Below are positions 54,866-64,000 of a DNA stretch of 64,000 nt, piece after piece. Within the stretch, counting starts at the first letter, position 1, and the number at the start of each line of letters is the position of its first letter. Origin of the DNA: an uncultured Bacteroidales bacterium (lineage in GTDB: Bacteria; Bacteroidota; Bacteroidia; Bacteroidales; UBA932); assembly GCA_944326245.1 (NCBI GenBank), contig CALVDF010000013.1:2713-66712 (forward strand). Reading direction: 5' to 3'. The translations under genes and the position numbers were made by a program. Under the pieces are notes generated by a model. The model was not told the origin of the DNA and did no database searches. It saw nothing but the letters and a program-made list of their open reading frames with translations.

Positions 54866-57379
54866 ATGGTGGCGCTCGCCGTTGTGGCAGCCCTGTCCTG
54901 CGTCGGAGCTGATGTGGTGTGCGCCCAGACTTCTTCCGGGGATGTGCGGGTTGCGTCCGGGCAGTCCGTGGCTTCGGGTCAGGACCTGGAATCTGCCGGG
55001 GTGAGACCCGGATGGCGTCTGGTATGGGAGGAGAATTTCGAGTCGGAGAGGATGGACTGGAGCGTGTGGAGCAAGACGGTGCGGGGGACGGCGGACTGGG
55101 CGGATACTCAGTCGGCGGATGAGCGCTGCTACGGTTTCCGGAACGGCAATCTCATACTCAGGGGAATAATCAATGACGACCTGGAGGCGGACACGGCCAG
55201 GTATCTGACCGGCGGGGTGGTGACGCAGGGGAAAAAGGCATTTGCCTTTCCGGGCCGAATCGAGGTCCGGGCGAGGCTGCAGGCGGCTACCGGAGCCTGG
55301 CCGGCTATATGGCTGCTGCCCTCGGATCCCGCTGTCCGCTGGCCTCAGGGCGGAGAGATAGATATCATGGAGCGGCTTAATTATGACGGTTTCGTGTACC
55401 AGACTGTACATTCGAACTACACTTACGTTCTCGGCCACAGGGACGAGCCGGCCAATTACAGTACGATGGAGATAGACCCGGAGGGATTCAATACCTATGG
55501 CGTGGATGTCTTCCGGGACAGCGTGGTGCTTTATGTCAACGGAGTCCGGAATTTCTCGTATCCGAGGGTGCCGGATGCCGCTGACACCTTAGGGCAGTTT
55601 CCGTTCTTCCAGCCGATGTACCTGCTGATAGACATGCAGCTCGGCGGCAGCTGGGTAGGAGAGACGGACCCGGAGGACCTTCCCGTGGAGATGGAAGTGG
55701 ACTGGGTACGCTATTATGTGCCGGAGGACGGGCGCCCGGACAGTCCGGAGATCCGCCCTGCGGTGAGCATTGTGCCCCGGCCCGCTGTAATGCGCCTCTC
55801 AGAAGGAGCGCCGCTCCGTATTTCCTCCCACAGACTGTCGGTCTATGCTTCGGACAGACAGCTCCGGAGCACCGTGCGGACGTGGGCCGCATCGCTGGAG
55901 AAGCCTTACGCTCCCGGTGTCACAGAGCTCCAGACAGGCTTTACGAGAGTGGTCTCCGAAACCGTCCTTCCCGGAATACGCCTGACTGCTGCTGAGGAAA
56001 AGGCTGATATCATATTGTCCCTGGACAGGTCCCTGCCGGAAGAGGGATATGTCCTGACCGTTACCGCTGAGGGGATCCGGATTACCGGAGGAGATGCCGG
56101 CGGAGTGTGGTGGGGACTGCAGAGCCTCTCGCAGATACTGGTGCAGAGTGCGGCTGCCGCTCATCCGGGAGATTCCCTTTCTCTGCCCCTGCTGTATGTC
56201 GAGGATGAGCCTGTTTTCGGATACAGGGGCGCGATGCTGGACTGCTGCCGTCATTTCTTTACTGTGGACGAGGTGAAGCAGTACATCGATATGCTGGCCC
56301 TGCACAAGCTCAATGTGTTTCACTGGCACCTTACCGATGACCAGGGCTGGCGGATCCGGGTCCGGGAATACCCGCTTCTGACCCGGACCGGCTCTGTCCG
56401 GAAGGAGACGAAGACCGGACATTACGGGGATGCGGCGGCCGGATATGACGGCACTCCCTACGGTGAGGGCTGCTGGTATTCCCCGGAGGATATACGGGAG
56501 GTGGTGCGGTATGCTTCGGACCGCCATATTACGGTGATTCCCGAGATAGAGATGCCGGGACATGCGCTGGCTGCTCTGGCGGCGTATCCGTGGTTAGGAT
56601 GTACGGGCGGTCCCTATGAGGTGAGGACTACATGGGGGATAAGCGACGATGTGTTCTGCATCGGCAAGGAAAGTATTTTCGGGTTCCTGACGGATGTCCT
56701 GGACGAGGTGTGCCGGCTTTTCCACGGGGAGTACGTGCATGTGGGAGGAGACGAGGCTCCCGCAGTGCGGTGGAAGACTTGTCCGGACTGTCAGGCTCTG
56801 ATGCGCAGGGAACAGCTTGCGGACGAGAGGCAGCTGCAGGGCTATCTCCTTCACAGGATAGAGGAATTTCTGAACGCCCGTGGAAAGAAGCTCATCGGCT
56901 GGGACGAGATACTGGAGGGAGGCGTGACACCCGGAGCTACCGTTATGTCCTGGAGAGGACCGGAAGGGGGTATCAGGGCTGCCGGCCAGGGCAATGACGT
57001 GGTGATGGTGCCCAAGCGCTATTTCTATTTCGACTACTATCAGACCGCATATCCCTCTGCCAACGGAGAACCGCTGGGAATCGGAGGCTATGTCCCGCTG
57101 GAGAGGTGTTACTCCTTTGATCCGTTCGACGGCCTGGACGGGGAGGCAAGAACGCATATAAAAGGTATTCAGGCCAATACCTGGACGGAGTACATCCCCT
57201 GCTTCGACCATGTCCAGCACATGGACCTGCCGCGTCTTTCGGCTCTTTCGGAGGTGGCGTGGGGCAGGTACGGAGCGGATTACGGCGACTTCACGCACCG
57301 CCTGGCATCCTCGATGAAAGCCATGTACGAATATTATGGCTGGATATACGCTCCGTATGTGTTTGATGGTGTGAAATAG
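54866..57379 (+). CDS. GH16 glucanase-like domain fused to GH20 beta-N-acetylhexosaminidase
   Basis: Start set at MVALAVVAALSCVGADVVCAQ (signal peptide). The GH16 motif GEIDIME is at 55353-55373. The GH20 motifs are HWHLTDDQGWR and HVGGDE (56738-56755). Confidence 0.8.
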   Translation: MVALAVVAALSCVGADVVCAQTSSGDVRVASGQSVASGQDLESAGVRPGWRLVWEENFESERMDWSVWSKTVRGTADWADTQSADERCYGFRNGNLILRGIINDDLEADTARYLTGGVVTQGKKAFAFPGRIEVRARLQAATGAWPAIWLLPSDPAVRWPQGGEIDIMERLNYDGFVYQTVHSNYTYVLGHRDEPANYSTMEIDPEGFNTYGVDVFRDSVVLYVNGVRNFSYPRVPDAADTLGQFPFFQPMYLLIDMQLGGSWVGETDPEDLPVEMEVDWVRYYVPEDGRPDSPEIRPAVSIVPRPAVMRLSEGAPLRISSHRLSVYASDRQLRSTVRTWAASLEKPYAPGVTELQTGFTRVVSETVLPGIRLTAAEEKADIILSLDRSLPEEGYVLTVTAEGIRITGGDAGGVWWGLQSLSQILVQSAAAAHPGDSLSLPLLYVEDEPVFGYRGAMLDCCRHFFTVDEVKQYIDMLALHKLNVFHWHLTDDQGWRIRVREYPLLTRTGSVRKETKTGHYGDAAAGYDGTPYGEGCWYSPEDIREVVRYASDRHITVIPEIEMPGHALAALAAYPWLGCTGGPYEVRTTWGISDDVFCIGKESIFGFLTDVLDEVCRLFHGEYVHVGGDEAPAVRWKTCPDCQALMRREQLADERQLQGYLLHRIEEFLNARGKKLIGWDEILEGGVTPGATVMSWRGPEGGIRAAGQGNDVVMVPKRYFYFDYYQTAYPSANGEPLGIGGYVPLERCYSFDPFDGLDGEARTHIKGIQANTWTEYIPCFDHVQHMDLPRLSALSEVAWGRYGADYGDFTHRLASSMKAMYEYYGWIYAPYVFDGVK

Positions 57380-57421
57380 AGTAATTATGATTATCTTTGG
57401 ATGCAATTAATCCGGAAGAAT

Positions 57422-58531
57422 ATGAAAAGACTGTTGCTCATAATCATGTCTGTCGTCCTGCTGGCCTCCTGCGGGGAGGGACAGAAGATAAAAGTGGCTG
57501 TGTTCCAAGGAGACGGAGGTGCCGCGACGTGCATCCGCGAGACGATGGCGGCTCTTAGTCTGGACGAGGATATGGAGGTGAGGATAGTGCACAGCAGCGA
57601 TATCGCGTCCGGAGTGCTGGACAGTCTGGATGCAATAGTGATTCCAGGAGGAGGCGGAAGCCGTCAGTATCTGAATTTGGGTCAGACCAATATGGCGCTG
57701 ATCAAGGATTTCGTGCACCGCGGAGGCGGGGCGGTGGGGATCTGTGCAGGTGCCTACCTGTTTTCGAATACCCCGGACTATACCTGCATGGCCCTTACCG
57801 GTGCCAGGGCAATTGACCGCGAGCATGACAACAGGGGCCACGGTATGGCCAAGATGACTCTGAACAAGGAGGGCAGGAAGATATTTCACGAGCTGGCCAA
57901 GGAGGATACATCCTATGTGTTCTATTACGAAGGACCTGTATTCGTGGATAGCGATGTCCCCTTCACTTCTTTCGGTACAATGGAAAGCGATGTGCATGAG
58001 GAGGGCGGTGCGCCTGCCGATATGACCAACGGCAAGCCCTTTCTGACGGGCAATGACTACGGCAAGGGCAAGGTGTTTACGGTGGTGGGGCATCCAGAGG
58101 CCACTCCCGGCAAGATGTGGATGGTGCCGCGGATGGTGCGCTGGACTCTCGGCAAGCCGCTAAAGACATATCCCCGGGAAGTTCTGACTCCGCCGGTTGC
58201 TCCGGAAGAGATCCTTATGAGCGTGGATGACCTGCGCTACGAGTCGCAGTGCTTCCAGACTTTCCTGTACGGAACGGCACAGGAGAAGGTGGCTGCTCTC
58301 GGCTGGCTGGAGGACCACTATTCATGGGACTGCAAGACGTGGCTGCAGGGACTGCTTTACGATGCTTCCCCGCAGGTGAGGGCGAGGGCTGCAAAGTATA
58401 TAGGAGAGATTCAGTATCTGCCCTACGAGGCTGACCTGAATGCCGCACTGCTGAGGGAAAATGATGCCAGGGCGCGTGCGGCTATGCAGCAGACTCTGGA
58501 CGCTCTGGCAGCCCTCAGACCATGGCTTTAG
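57422..58531 (+). CDS. BPL_N / class-I glutamine-amidotransferase-like lipoprotein with C-terminal HEAT-like repeats
   Basis: It has lipobox MKRLLLIIMSVVLLASCG, GICAGAY (nucleophile elbow) and a C-terminal LLYDASPQVRARAAKYIGE. Confidence 0.55.
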   Translation: MKRLLLIIMSVVLLASCGEGQKIKVAVFQGDGGAATCIRETMAALSLDEDMEVRIVHSSDIASGVLDSLDAIVIPGGGGSRQYLNLGQTNMALIKDFVHRGGGAVGICAGAYLFSNTPDYTCMALTGARAIDREHDNRGHGMAKMTLNKEGRKIFHELAKEDTSYVFYYEGPVFVDSDVPFTSFGTMESDVHEEGGAPADMTNGKPFLTGNDYGKGKVFTVVGHPEATPGKMWMVPRMVRWTLGKPLKTYPREVLTPPVAPEEILMSVDDLRYESQCFQTFLYGTAQEKVAALGWLEDHYSWDCKTWLQGLLYDASPQVRARAAKYIGEIQYLPYEADLNAALLRENDARARAAMQQTLDALAALRPWL

Positions 58532-58567
58532 TATCGGATTTTTAACAATACTTAATATATAACAGAT

Positions 58568-59959
58568 ATGATCAAACGTCTTTTAACCATCTGTGCTGCT
58601 ATGTCAGTAGCAGCCGCCGCCATGGCTCAGGGCGGTATCACTGACGAGATGATGGACCGGATCCGTCAGGGCTGGCAGGGAACGCCCGAGGAACTGGCCC
58701 TGCAGAATGCCATTTCTGCCAATGACATCAACAAGCTCTCCGTGAAGCAGGGTATTGAGGCCACCTACGACTACTACTTTTCTGACGAGGTGAAGTCCAA
58801 GGGTATCTCCGACCAGCAGTCCAGCGGACGCTGCTGGCTGTTTTCCGGGATGAATGTACTTCGTGCCAGGATGATAGAAGAATATGACCTGGGACCGTTC
58901 CAGTTCTCCCAGAACTATATCTTCTTCTATGACCAGCTGGAAAAGGCCAATCTCTTCCTCCAGGGGATCATAGATACGCGCGGGCTTCCTATGGATGACC
59001 GCAAGGTGGAGTGGCTTTTCCGCCATACCATAGGGGACGGGGGCCAGTTTACTGGAGTATCGGACCTGATCACAAAGTACGGGCTGGTGCCTTCGACCGT
59101 GATGCCCGAGACCTGGGCCAGCAACCATACTTCGGGAATGTCCCGCCTGCTGGACCTCAAACTCAAGGAATTCGGACTGGAGCTCCGGGAGATGACGGGA
59201 CCGAAAAAAGAACTTCCGGCTCTTCTCGAAGCCCGCAAGGTAGAGATGCTGGCGTTTGTGTACAGGTTCCTGGTGCTGAATCTCGGAGAACCCCCCGTGG
59301 AGTTCGAGTGGACTATGTACAATGCGGCGGGAGAGCCTGCAAGTACGAAAATGTATACTCCTAAGTCATTCTATGAGGAATATGTGGGTGTAGACCTGAA
59401 GAACAGTTATGTAATGCTTATGAACGATCCCACCCGCGAGTTCTACAAAGTCTATGAAATAGAATACGACCGTCATCAGTATGACGGAGAGAACTGGCTG
59501 TACATCAATCTTCCCATCGACGAGATAGAAAAGATTGCGATAGCTTCCATCAAGGACGGTACGATGATGTATTTCTCGTGTGACGTCGGCAAGTTCCTGG
59601 ACCGTCAGAACGGGGTACTGGATGTGGACTATTACGATTATGGCTCCCTTATGGGGACTACATTCGGCATGGACAAGAGGGAGCGCATCCTGACAGGAGC
59701 CAGCGGCTCGTCGCATGCCATGACACTGATGGCTGTGGATCTCGACGGGAACGGCAATGCGAAGAAGTGGAAGGTTGAGAACTCCTGGGGTATGACGGGC
59801 CATGAAGGTCATCTGGTGATGACGGATGAATGGTTCGAGGAGTACATGTTCCGCCTGGTAGTGGAGAAGAAGTATGTACCGGAGGATATCCTCAAGCTTC
59901 TTGAAACCGAGCCTGTCATGCTTCCCCCCTGGGATCCTATGTTTGCTGAAGAACTGTAA
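58568..59959 (+). CDS. pepC: aminopeptidase C (C1-family, bleomycin-hydrolase-like)
   Basis: 463 aa. QQSSGRCWLFSG contains the catalytic Cys, and HAMTLM and NSWG are present. Confidence 0.9.
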   Translation: MIKRLLTICAAMSVAAAAMAQGGITDEMMDRIRQGWQGTPEELALQNAISANDINKLSVKQGIEATYDYYFSDEVKSKGISDQQSSGRCWLFSGMNVLRARMIEEYDLGPFQFSQNYIFFYDQLEKANLFLQGIIDTRGLPMDDRKVEWLFRHTIGDGGQFTGVSDLITKYGLVPSTVMPETWASNHTSGMSRLLDLKLKEFGLELREMTGPKKELPALLEARKVEMLAFVYRFLVLNLGEPPVEFEWTMYNAAGEPASTKMYTPKSFYEEYVGVDLKNSYVMLMNDPTREFYKVYEIEYDRHQYDGENWLYINLPIDEIEKIAIASIKDGTMMYFSCDVGKFLDRQNGVLDVDYYDYGSLMGTTFGMDKRERILTGASGSSHAMTLMAVDLDGNGNAKKWKVENSWGMTGHEGHLVMTDEWFEEYMFRLVVEKKYVPEDILKLLETEPVMLPPWDPMFAEEL

Positions 59960-59971
59960 CGGAGCGGTATC

Positions 59972-60178
59972 ATGGAGAGGCTGCGTAAAATATGGCTTTT
60001 CTACTATGAAGGTTTCCGTGGCATGTCCTCACTGGGACGGACCCTTTGGGTGGTGGTGCTCCTGAAACTCTTCATCATGTTTGCCATCCTCAGGGTGTTT
60101 TTCTTCCAGCCTGCCCTGTCGGACTGCGCTACTGATGCCGAGAAGAGCCGTACTGTGATAGAGAACCTTACGAAATAG
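59972..60178 (+). CDS. DUF4492-like small membrane protein preceding cydA
   Basis: 68 aa with one hydrophobic helix. This position immediately upstream of cydAB is typical of Bacteroidetes. Confidence 0.65.
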   Translation: MERLRKIWLFYYEGFRGMSSLGRTLWVVVLLKLFIMFAILRVFFFQPALSDCATDAEKSRTVIENLTK

Positions 60179-60211
60179 AATAAATAACTTACTTACTAAA
60201 ACCTCAAGCAG

Positions 60212-61771
60212 ATGCTTTTGACAACACTTGTAGACCTGTCAAGGTGGCAGTTTGCCGTGACCGCAATGTACCATTGGCTGTTTGTCCCCCTGACTCTCGG
60301 TCTGGGCTTTCTGATAGCCTTTATGGAGACCCGGTACGTAATGACCGGGGATGAATTCTGGAAAAGGACTACGAAGTTCTGGATGAAACTCTTTGCCATC
60401 AATTTCGCAATGGGTGTGGCAACCGGTATTATCCTGGAGTTCGAGTTCGGTACCAACTGGAGCAACTACTCATGGTTTGTAGGCGACATTTTCGGAGCGC
60501 CGCTGGCCATAGAGGGTATTTTCGCATTTTTCATGGAGAGCACTTTCTTCGCCGTGATGTACTTCGGGTGGAACAAGGTGAGCCGCAAAGCCCATCTGGT
60601 ATCCACATGGCTTACGGCCATAGGAACCAATCTTTCTGCCGTATGGATCCTCATCGCAAACGCGTGGATGCAGTATCCGCTGGGCATGGAGTTCAACCCG
60701 GACACTGCCCGCAGCGAGATGACGGATTTCTGGGCTGTAGTGTCCTCCCCTGTAGCCATCAATAAATTCCTGCATTCGGTGACCAACGGCTATGTGCTGG
60801 CATCCGTATTCGTGATAGCAGTCTCGTCTTGGTTTCTGCTCCGCAAGAGGGAGCAGACCCTGGCCAGAAAGTCTATCCGTGTAGCTTCCGTCTTCGGAAT
60901 CATTTCGCTTGCAGTATTGATTGCGACGGGAGACGGCTCGGCATACAATGTGGCCAAGGTCCAGCCCATGAAACTGGCAGCGATGGAGGGACTGTACGAC
61001 GGCTCTGAGAAGGCTCCTCTGGTTGCAGTAGGAGTCCTCAATCCGGACAAAGTCCCTGGGCCGGAAGGGGCTGACGAGGATCCCTATCTGTTCGAGATAT
61101 CATTTCCGAGCATGCTGTCCTATCTGGCGACCCGTCAGGCAGACGGTTTCGTGCCGGGAATCAACGATATCATAGAAGGAGGCTATGAGTTTACGGACCG
61201 TCAGGGCAATACCTATGTCGAGCCTTCGTTCTATGAAAAGAAGGCCCGTGGAACTGCAGCGGTGACAGCTCTTGCTGACTATCAGGCTGCCAAGGAGGCC
61301 GGGGATACTCTGGCAATGGGTCAGGCAAAGGCCATGCTTGAACAGAATTTCGATTACTTCGGCTATCACTATGTAGAGGAACCGGAGGATCTGGTACCCA
61401 ATGTTCCGCTGGTATTCTACGCGTTTCACATCATGGTAGCCTTAGGCATGTTCTTCATCCTGCTCTTCGTGCTGTTCATTGTGTTCGAGTGGAAGAATCT
61501 TATAGTAAGGGAAAAACACAAGTGGCTGCTGTGGCTGGGTATCATCAGCGTGCCCCTGGTGTACATCTGTTCCCAGTCCGGCTGGATCGTCGCCGAAGTA
61601 GGCCGCCAGCCGTGGACCATACAGAACCTGCTTCCTGTCAATGCCGCAGTCTCGGGAGTCGAGCCGGGCAACGTCCTTACCACGCTGGTCATCTTCATCT
61701 GCCTCTTCACGGCCATGCTCGGTGTGGAGATAAGTATCATGCTCAGACAAATCAAAAAAGGAGGAGAATAA
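60212..61771 (+). CDS. cydA: cytochrome bd ubiquinol oxidase subunit I
   Basis: 519 aa. The N-terminus DLSRWQFAVTAMYHWLFVPLTLG, the Q-loop and GWIVAEVGRQPW are present. Confidence 0.95.
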   Translation: MLLTTLVDLSRWQFAVTAMYHWLFVPLTLGLGFLIAFMETRYVMTGDEFWKRTTKFWMKLFAINFAMGVATGIILEFEFGTNWSNYSWFVGDIFGAPLAIEGIFAFFMESTFFAVMYFGWNKVSRKAHLVSTWLTAIGTNLSAVWILIANAWMQYPLGMEFNPDTARSEMTDFWAVVSSPVAINKFLHSVTNGYVLASVFVIAVSSWFLLRKREQTLARKSIRVASVFGIISLAVLIATGDGSAYNVAKVQPMKLAAMEGLYDGSEKAPLVAVGVLNPDKVPGPEGADEDPYLFEISFPSMLSYLATRQADGFVPGINDIIEGGYEFTDRQGNTYVEPSFYEKKARGTAAVTALADYQAAKEAGDTLAMGQAKAMLEQNFDYFGYHYVEEPEDLVPNVPLVFYAFHIMVALGMFFILLFVLFIVFEWKNLIVREKHKWLLWLGIISVPLVYICSQSGWIVAEVGRQPWTIQNLLPVNAAVSGVEPGNVLTTLVIFICLFTAMLGVEISIMLRQIKKGGE

Positions 61772-61774
61772 ATC

Positions 61775-62875
61775 ATGGATGCACTGTATTTTCTGCAACA
61801 TTACTGGTGGGCGCTTGTAGCCCTTCTGGGAGCGATTCTGGTATTTCTGCTTTTTGTCCAGGGAGCCCAGGGCCTCCTGCTGCGTACAGCCTCCTCCGAG
61901 AGCGAGAAGGATCTGGTTGTCAAGTATGCCGGACACAAATGGGAAATAACGTTTACCACACTGGTTACCTTCGGAGGTGCCGCCTTCGCATCGTTCCCTC
62001 TGTTCTACTCTACCAGTTTCGGTGGGGCGTACTGGCTCTGGATATGCATTCTGCTGCTGTTCGTGATTCAGGCCTTTTCGTTCGAATACCGCAAGGATGC
62101 CGGCAATATATTCGGCGCAAGGACATTTGAAATATTCCTGTTCCTCAACGGCACGCTCGGGACATTCCTGCTCGGAGTAGCTGTGGGAACATTTTTCACA
62201 GGTGGGGCTTTTACTGTGGACAAGGTTTCCATTACCGATGCGGCTTCTCCGGCCATATCCAGATGGGCCAACGGCTGGCATGGACTGGATGCTCTTGCCG
62301 AGCCCATGAACCTTCTTTTGGGTGTGGTAGTATTCCTTGCAGCCAGGACCCTCGGCCTGCTGTACCTGCTTACGAAGCCCGATGTAGGGGAATTTGCCGC
62401 CAAGTGCCGCAGGCGTCTGGCAGTGACAGCTCCTGCATTTGTGCTTACGTTTGTGGCTTTTGTAGTGTGGATGTTCCTGAAGACCGGTTACGGGGTTGAT
62501 CCTGCCTCTGGAGAAATATTTGCAGAACGGTTCAAGTATCTCCACAACATGCTCCATGTCTGGTGGATAGCTGTGGTCTTCCTGCTGGGAGTGGTTCTGG
62601 TTCTGGCCGGGCTTGCGAAACATTTTCTGGACAAGGGTACAAGAACCAACTTTTACATGGTGGGCGCAGGGGCCCTGCTGGCAGTGTGGGCCATACTGCT
62701 CTGTGCCGGATTCAACGATACTGCTTACTATGTATCGACCGTTGATGTCCAGGATTCCCTTACTCTCTACAACAGTTCTTCCAGTCTTTTCACACTTAAG
62801 GTGATGGCCTGGGTGTCGATTGCGATACCGTTCGTCATAGCCTACATCGTGTGGATGTGGCGCAAGATGAGGTAG
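61775..62875 (+). CDS. cydB: cytochrome bd ubiquinol oxidase subunit II
   Basis: 366 aa polytopic membrane protein directly following cydA, with a typical CydB N-terminus (LQHYWWALVALLG). Confidence 0.92.
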   Translation: MDALYFLQHYWWALVALLGAILVFLLFVQGAQGLLLRTASSESEKDLVVKYAGHKWEITFTTLVTFGGAAFASFPLFYSTSFGGAYWLWICILLLFVIQAFSFEYRKDAGNIFGARTFEIFLFLNGTLGTFLLGVAVGTFFTGGAFTVDKVSITDAASPAISRWANGWHGLDALAEPMNLLLGVVVFLAARTLGLLYLLTKPDVGEFAAKCRRRLAVTAPAFVLTFVAFVVWMFLKTGYGVDPASGEIFAERFKYLHNMLHVWWIAVVFLLGVVLVLAGLAKHFLDKGTRTNFYMVGAGALLAVWAILLCAGFNDTAYYVSTVDVQDSLTLYNSSSSLFTLKVMAWVSIAIPFVIAYIVWMWRKMR

Positions 62876-62898
62876 CGAGGGACAGACAGATGTATGAA

Positions 62899-62957
62899 AG
62901 GAGGGTGACCCCGAAGCCATTCGTTTCTATGGCCCAAAGGGTTGCCCTCCTTTTTTT
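62899..62957 (+). terminator. two-tier hairpin terminator after cydB
   Basis: AGGAGGGTGACC (62899-62910) pairs with GGTTGCCCTCCT (62940-62951). An inner stem forms between GCCAT and ATGGC. A run of 7 T follows. Confidence 0.6.
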
Positions 62958-62970
62958 ACGGACAGTATTA

Positions 62971-63047
62971 CCGGTATTTCTCCGACCGGTATTTATCTAG
63001 CCGGGTATCTCATGAACCGGTATCTCACTGACCTCTATCCCACAGTA
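62971..63047 (+). repeat. tandem array of 15/16-nt direct repeats (CCGGTATYTMNYNNN x4, plus one degenerate unit)
   Basis: Units start at 62971, 62986, 63001 and 63017 (CCGGTATTTCTCCGA / CCGGTATTTATCTAG / CCGGGTATCTCATGAA / CCGGTATCTCACTGA). A weaker fifth unit CCTCTATCCCACAGT follows. Confidence 0.6.
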
Positions 63048-63202
63048 GGCCATACTTCAGACCATACATGAGGGCCTTCGCCACCCCATCAATATTCTTC
63101 GCGGAACGGTATTTTAGGGACTGTCGCAAAAAGACGAAAAGTTTGTAATAAATTGATTGCTAATATGATAGAAAATTCGTATCTTAGCAAAAGATAAAAA
63201 GA

Positions 63203-63242
63203 ATACCTCCAACTGCCCTCGAAAAGCTGAATTTGGAGGTAT
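63203..63242. repeat. perfect 10-bp inverted repeat (ATACCTCCAA ... TTGGAGGTAT) just upstream of the IS remnant ORF
   Basis: The arms are at 63203-63212 and 63233-63242, separated by a 20-nt spacer. Confidence 0.6.
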
Positions 63243-63259
63243 CGCAAAAATAAATTCGC

Positions 63260-63850
63260 ATGGCTAAGGTACAAAATTTTGCTGGAATATCACCCAATCT
63301 TCCGTTTACGGAGTATAATTTTTATGATTTGTATAGGCAGACGTTCGAGAACAGCGAGCTCGGAAAGATCAAGGCTAATCTGCCGCTGCGAGAGATGGCA
63401 GAGAACTTTGGTCTGACAAACAGGAGTATGAGACCGAAGGTTGGACGCAGATCGTACTTCACACCGGAAGGGAAAGTAGCACTTATGTTCCTGAAGATGC
63501 ACCGGAAGCTCTTCGGAGTGGACGCGAAGAAAGTCGGAGGGGATGCAGGCTATGCCGGCAACGCCAACAGGGAGTACTGCAGGAAGAGAGGGATACAGAC
63601 ATCATTCGTGAAGCGAGGCCGTCCTTCCTTCGTGAAGAAAGATAACGACATCATCCGCAACGAGCTGGCGAGGGTGAGGGCAACGAGGATGGAAGGCTCG
63701 TTCGGAACGCAGAAGGAACACTATGGCCTGAAACGCATCAAGGCAAGGACGAAGTTGACCGAAATCCTGTACATCTTCTTTGGCATCCACACGGCGAATG
63801 CAGTACAGCTCGTCCGGCGGGAAGTCAACGAAATTGCCCAGGCAGCCTGA
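63260..63850 (+). pseudogene. internally deleted DDE transposase (IS5/IS1182-like superfamily) remnant
   Basis: 196 aa. The N-terminal ~80 aa (SYFTPEGKVALMFLKM) look like the DUF772-type transposase N-domain. This is joined directly to a C-terminal DDE tail (GDAGYAGNANREYCRKRGI...RMEGSFGTQKEHYGLKR), so the central catalytic region of a transposase I recall being ~500 aa is missing. Confidence 0.55.
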
Positions 63851-64000
63851 TGTTCCACATGTGAAACGGAACCTTTACAGGAGTATTGGCTCCAGTTGTG
63901 TCCGAAAACGAAAAAATCGGCTCCGAAACGAAGCCGACGATATAAAAAACTATGAGTTCAAACGGGAAATACAGGGGCAGTCTGCCGGTTGACTCATATT

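Noticed and set aside
61442-62920. 492-aa ORF antisense to cydB, and 27960-28916 antisense to atpA
   Set aside because: Same reasoning: each is opposite a highly conserved gene and has no motifs.
62890-63000. 36-codon ORF right after cydB as a CydX-like small subunit
   Set aside because: Its sequence (MYERRVTPKPFVSMAQRV...) lacks the hydrophobic single helix with conserved Trp/Tyr expected of CydX. It also spans the terminator hairpin and the 15-nt tandem repeats.

Overview
A 64-kb chromosomal segment that looks like a moderately GC-rich Bacteroidota, probably Bacteroidales. Evidence for this: many TAnnTTTG -7 promoter boxes placed correctly upstream of start codons, the F-ATPase gene order atpDC-BEFHAG, DUF4492-cydAB, and many lipoproteins. 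All product calls come from motifs I recognise by eye in the supplied translations; no database search was run. Most of the window is housekeeping: guaB-surA-like-ostA-like, hutH-hutI-ftcD, a stand-alone fabH-fabF-fabZ-fabG operon, smpB, the complete F1Fo ATP synthase, miaA, glsA, oxyR with divergent peroxiredoxin-thioredoxin, metX-thrA-metY-asd, a GH16/GH20 fusion enzyme, pepC and cydAB. I found no tRNA, rRNA or CRISPR array. Four things deserve a second look. (1) The ~215-nt metX leader holds an 18-codon uORF with 5 Met codons threaded through a terminator-like nested hairpin, a candidate methionine-sensing leader-peptide attenuator. (2) A family of ~168-bp intergenic elements with inverted ~45-nt end modules (3 clear copies plus degenerate remnants) is associated with two diverged RAYT-like HUH/Tyr genes; one gene is flanked by copies on both sides, and the two genes bracket about 7 kb (oxyR/prx/trx, a porin, lipoproteins, rimK-like). 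(3) A secreted TPR-Ig-caspase protein is paired with a beta-propeller/OmpA-like protein. (4) Smaller oddities include a 15-nt tandem array next to an internally deleted IS transposase, paralogous lipoproteins with near-identical signal-peptide DNA, and low-complexity inserts. The many long antisense ORFs are GC-driven shadow ORFs.
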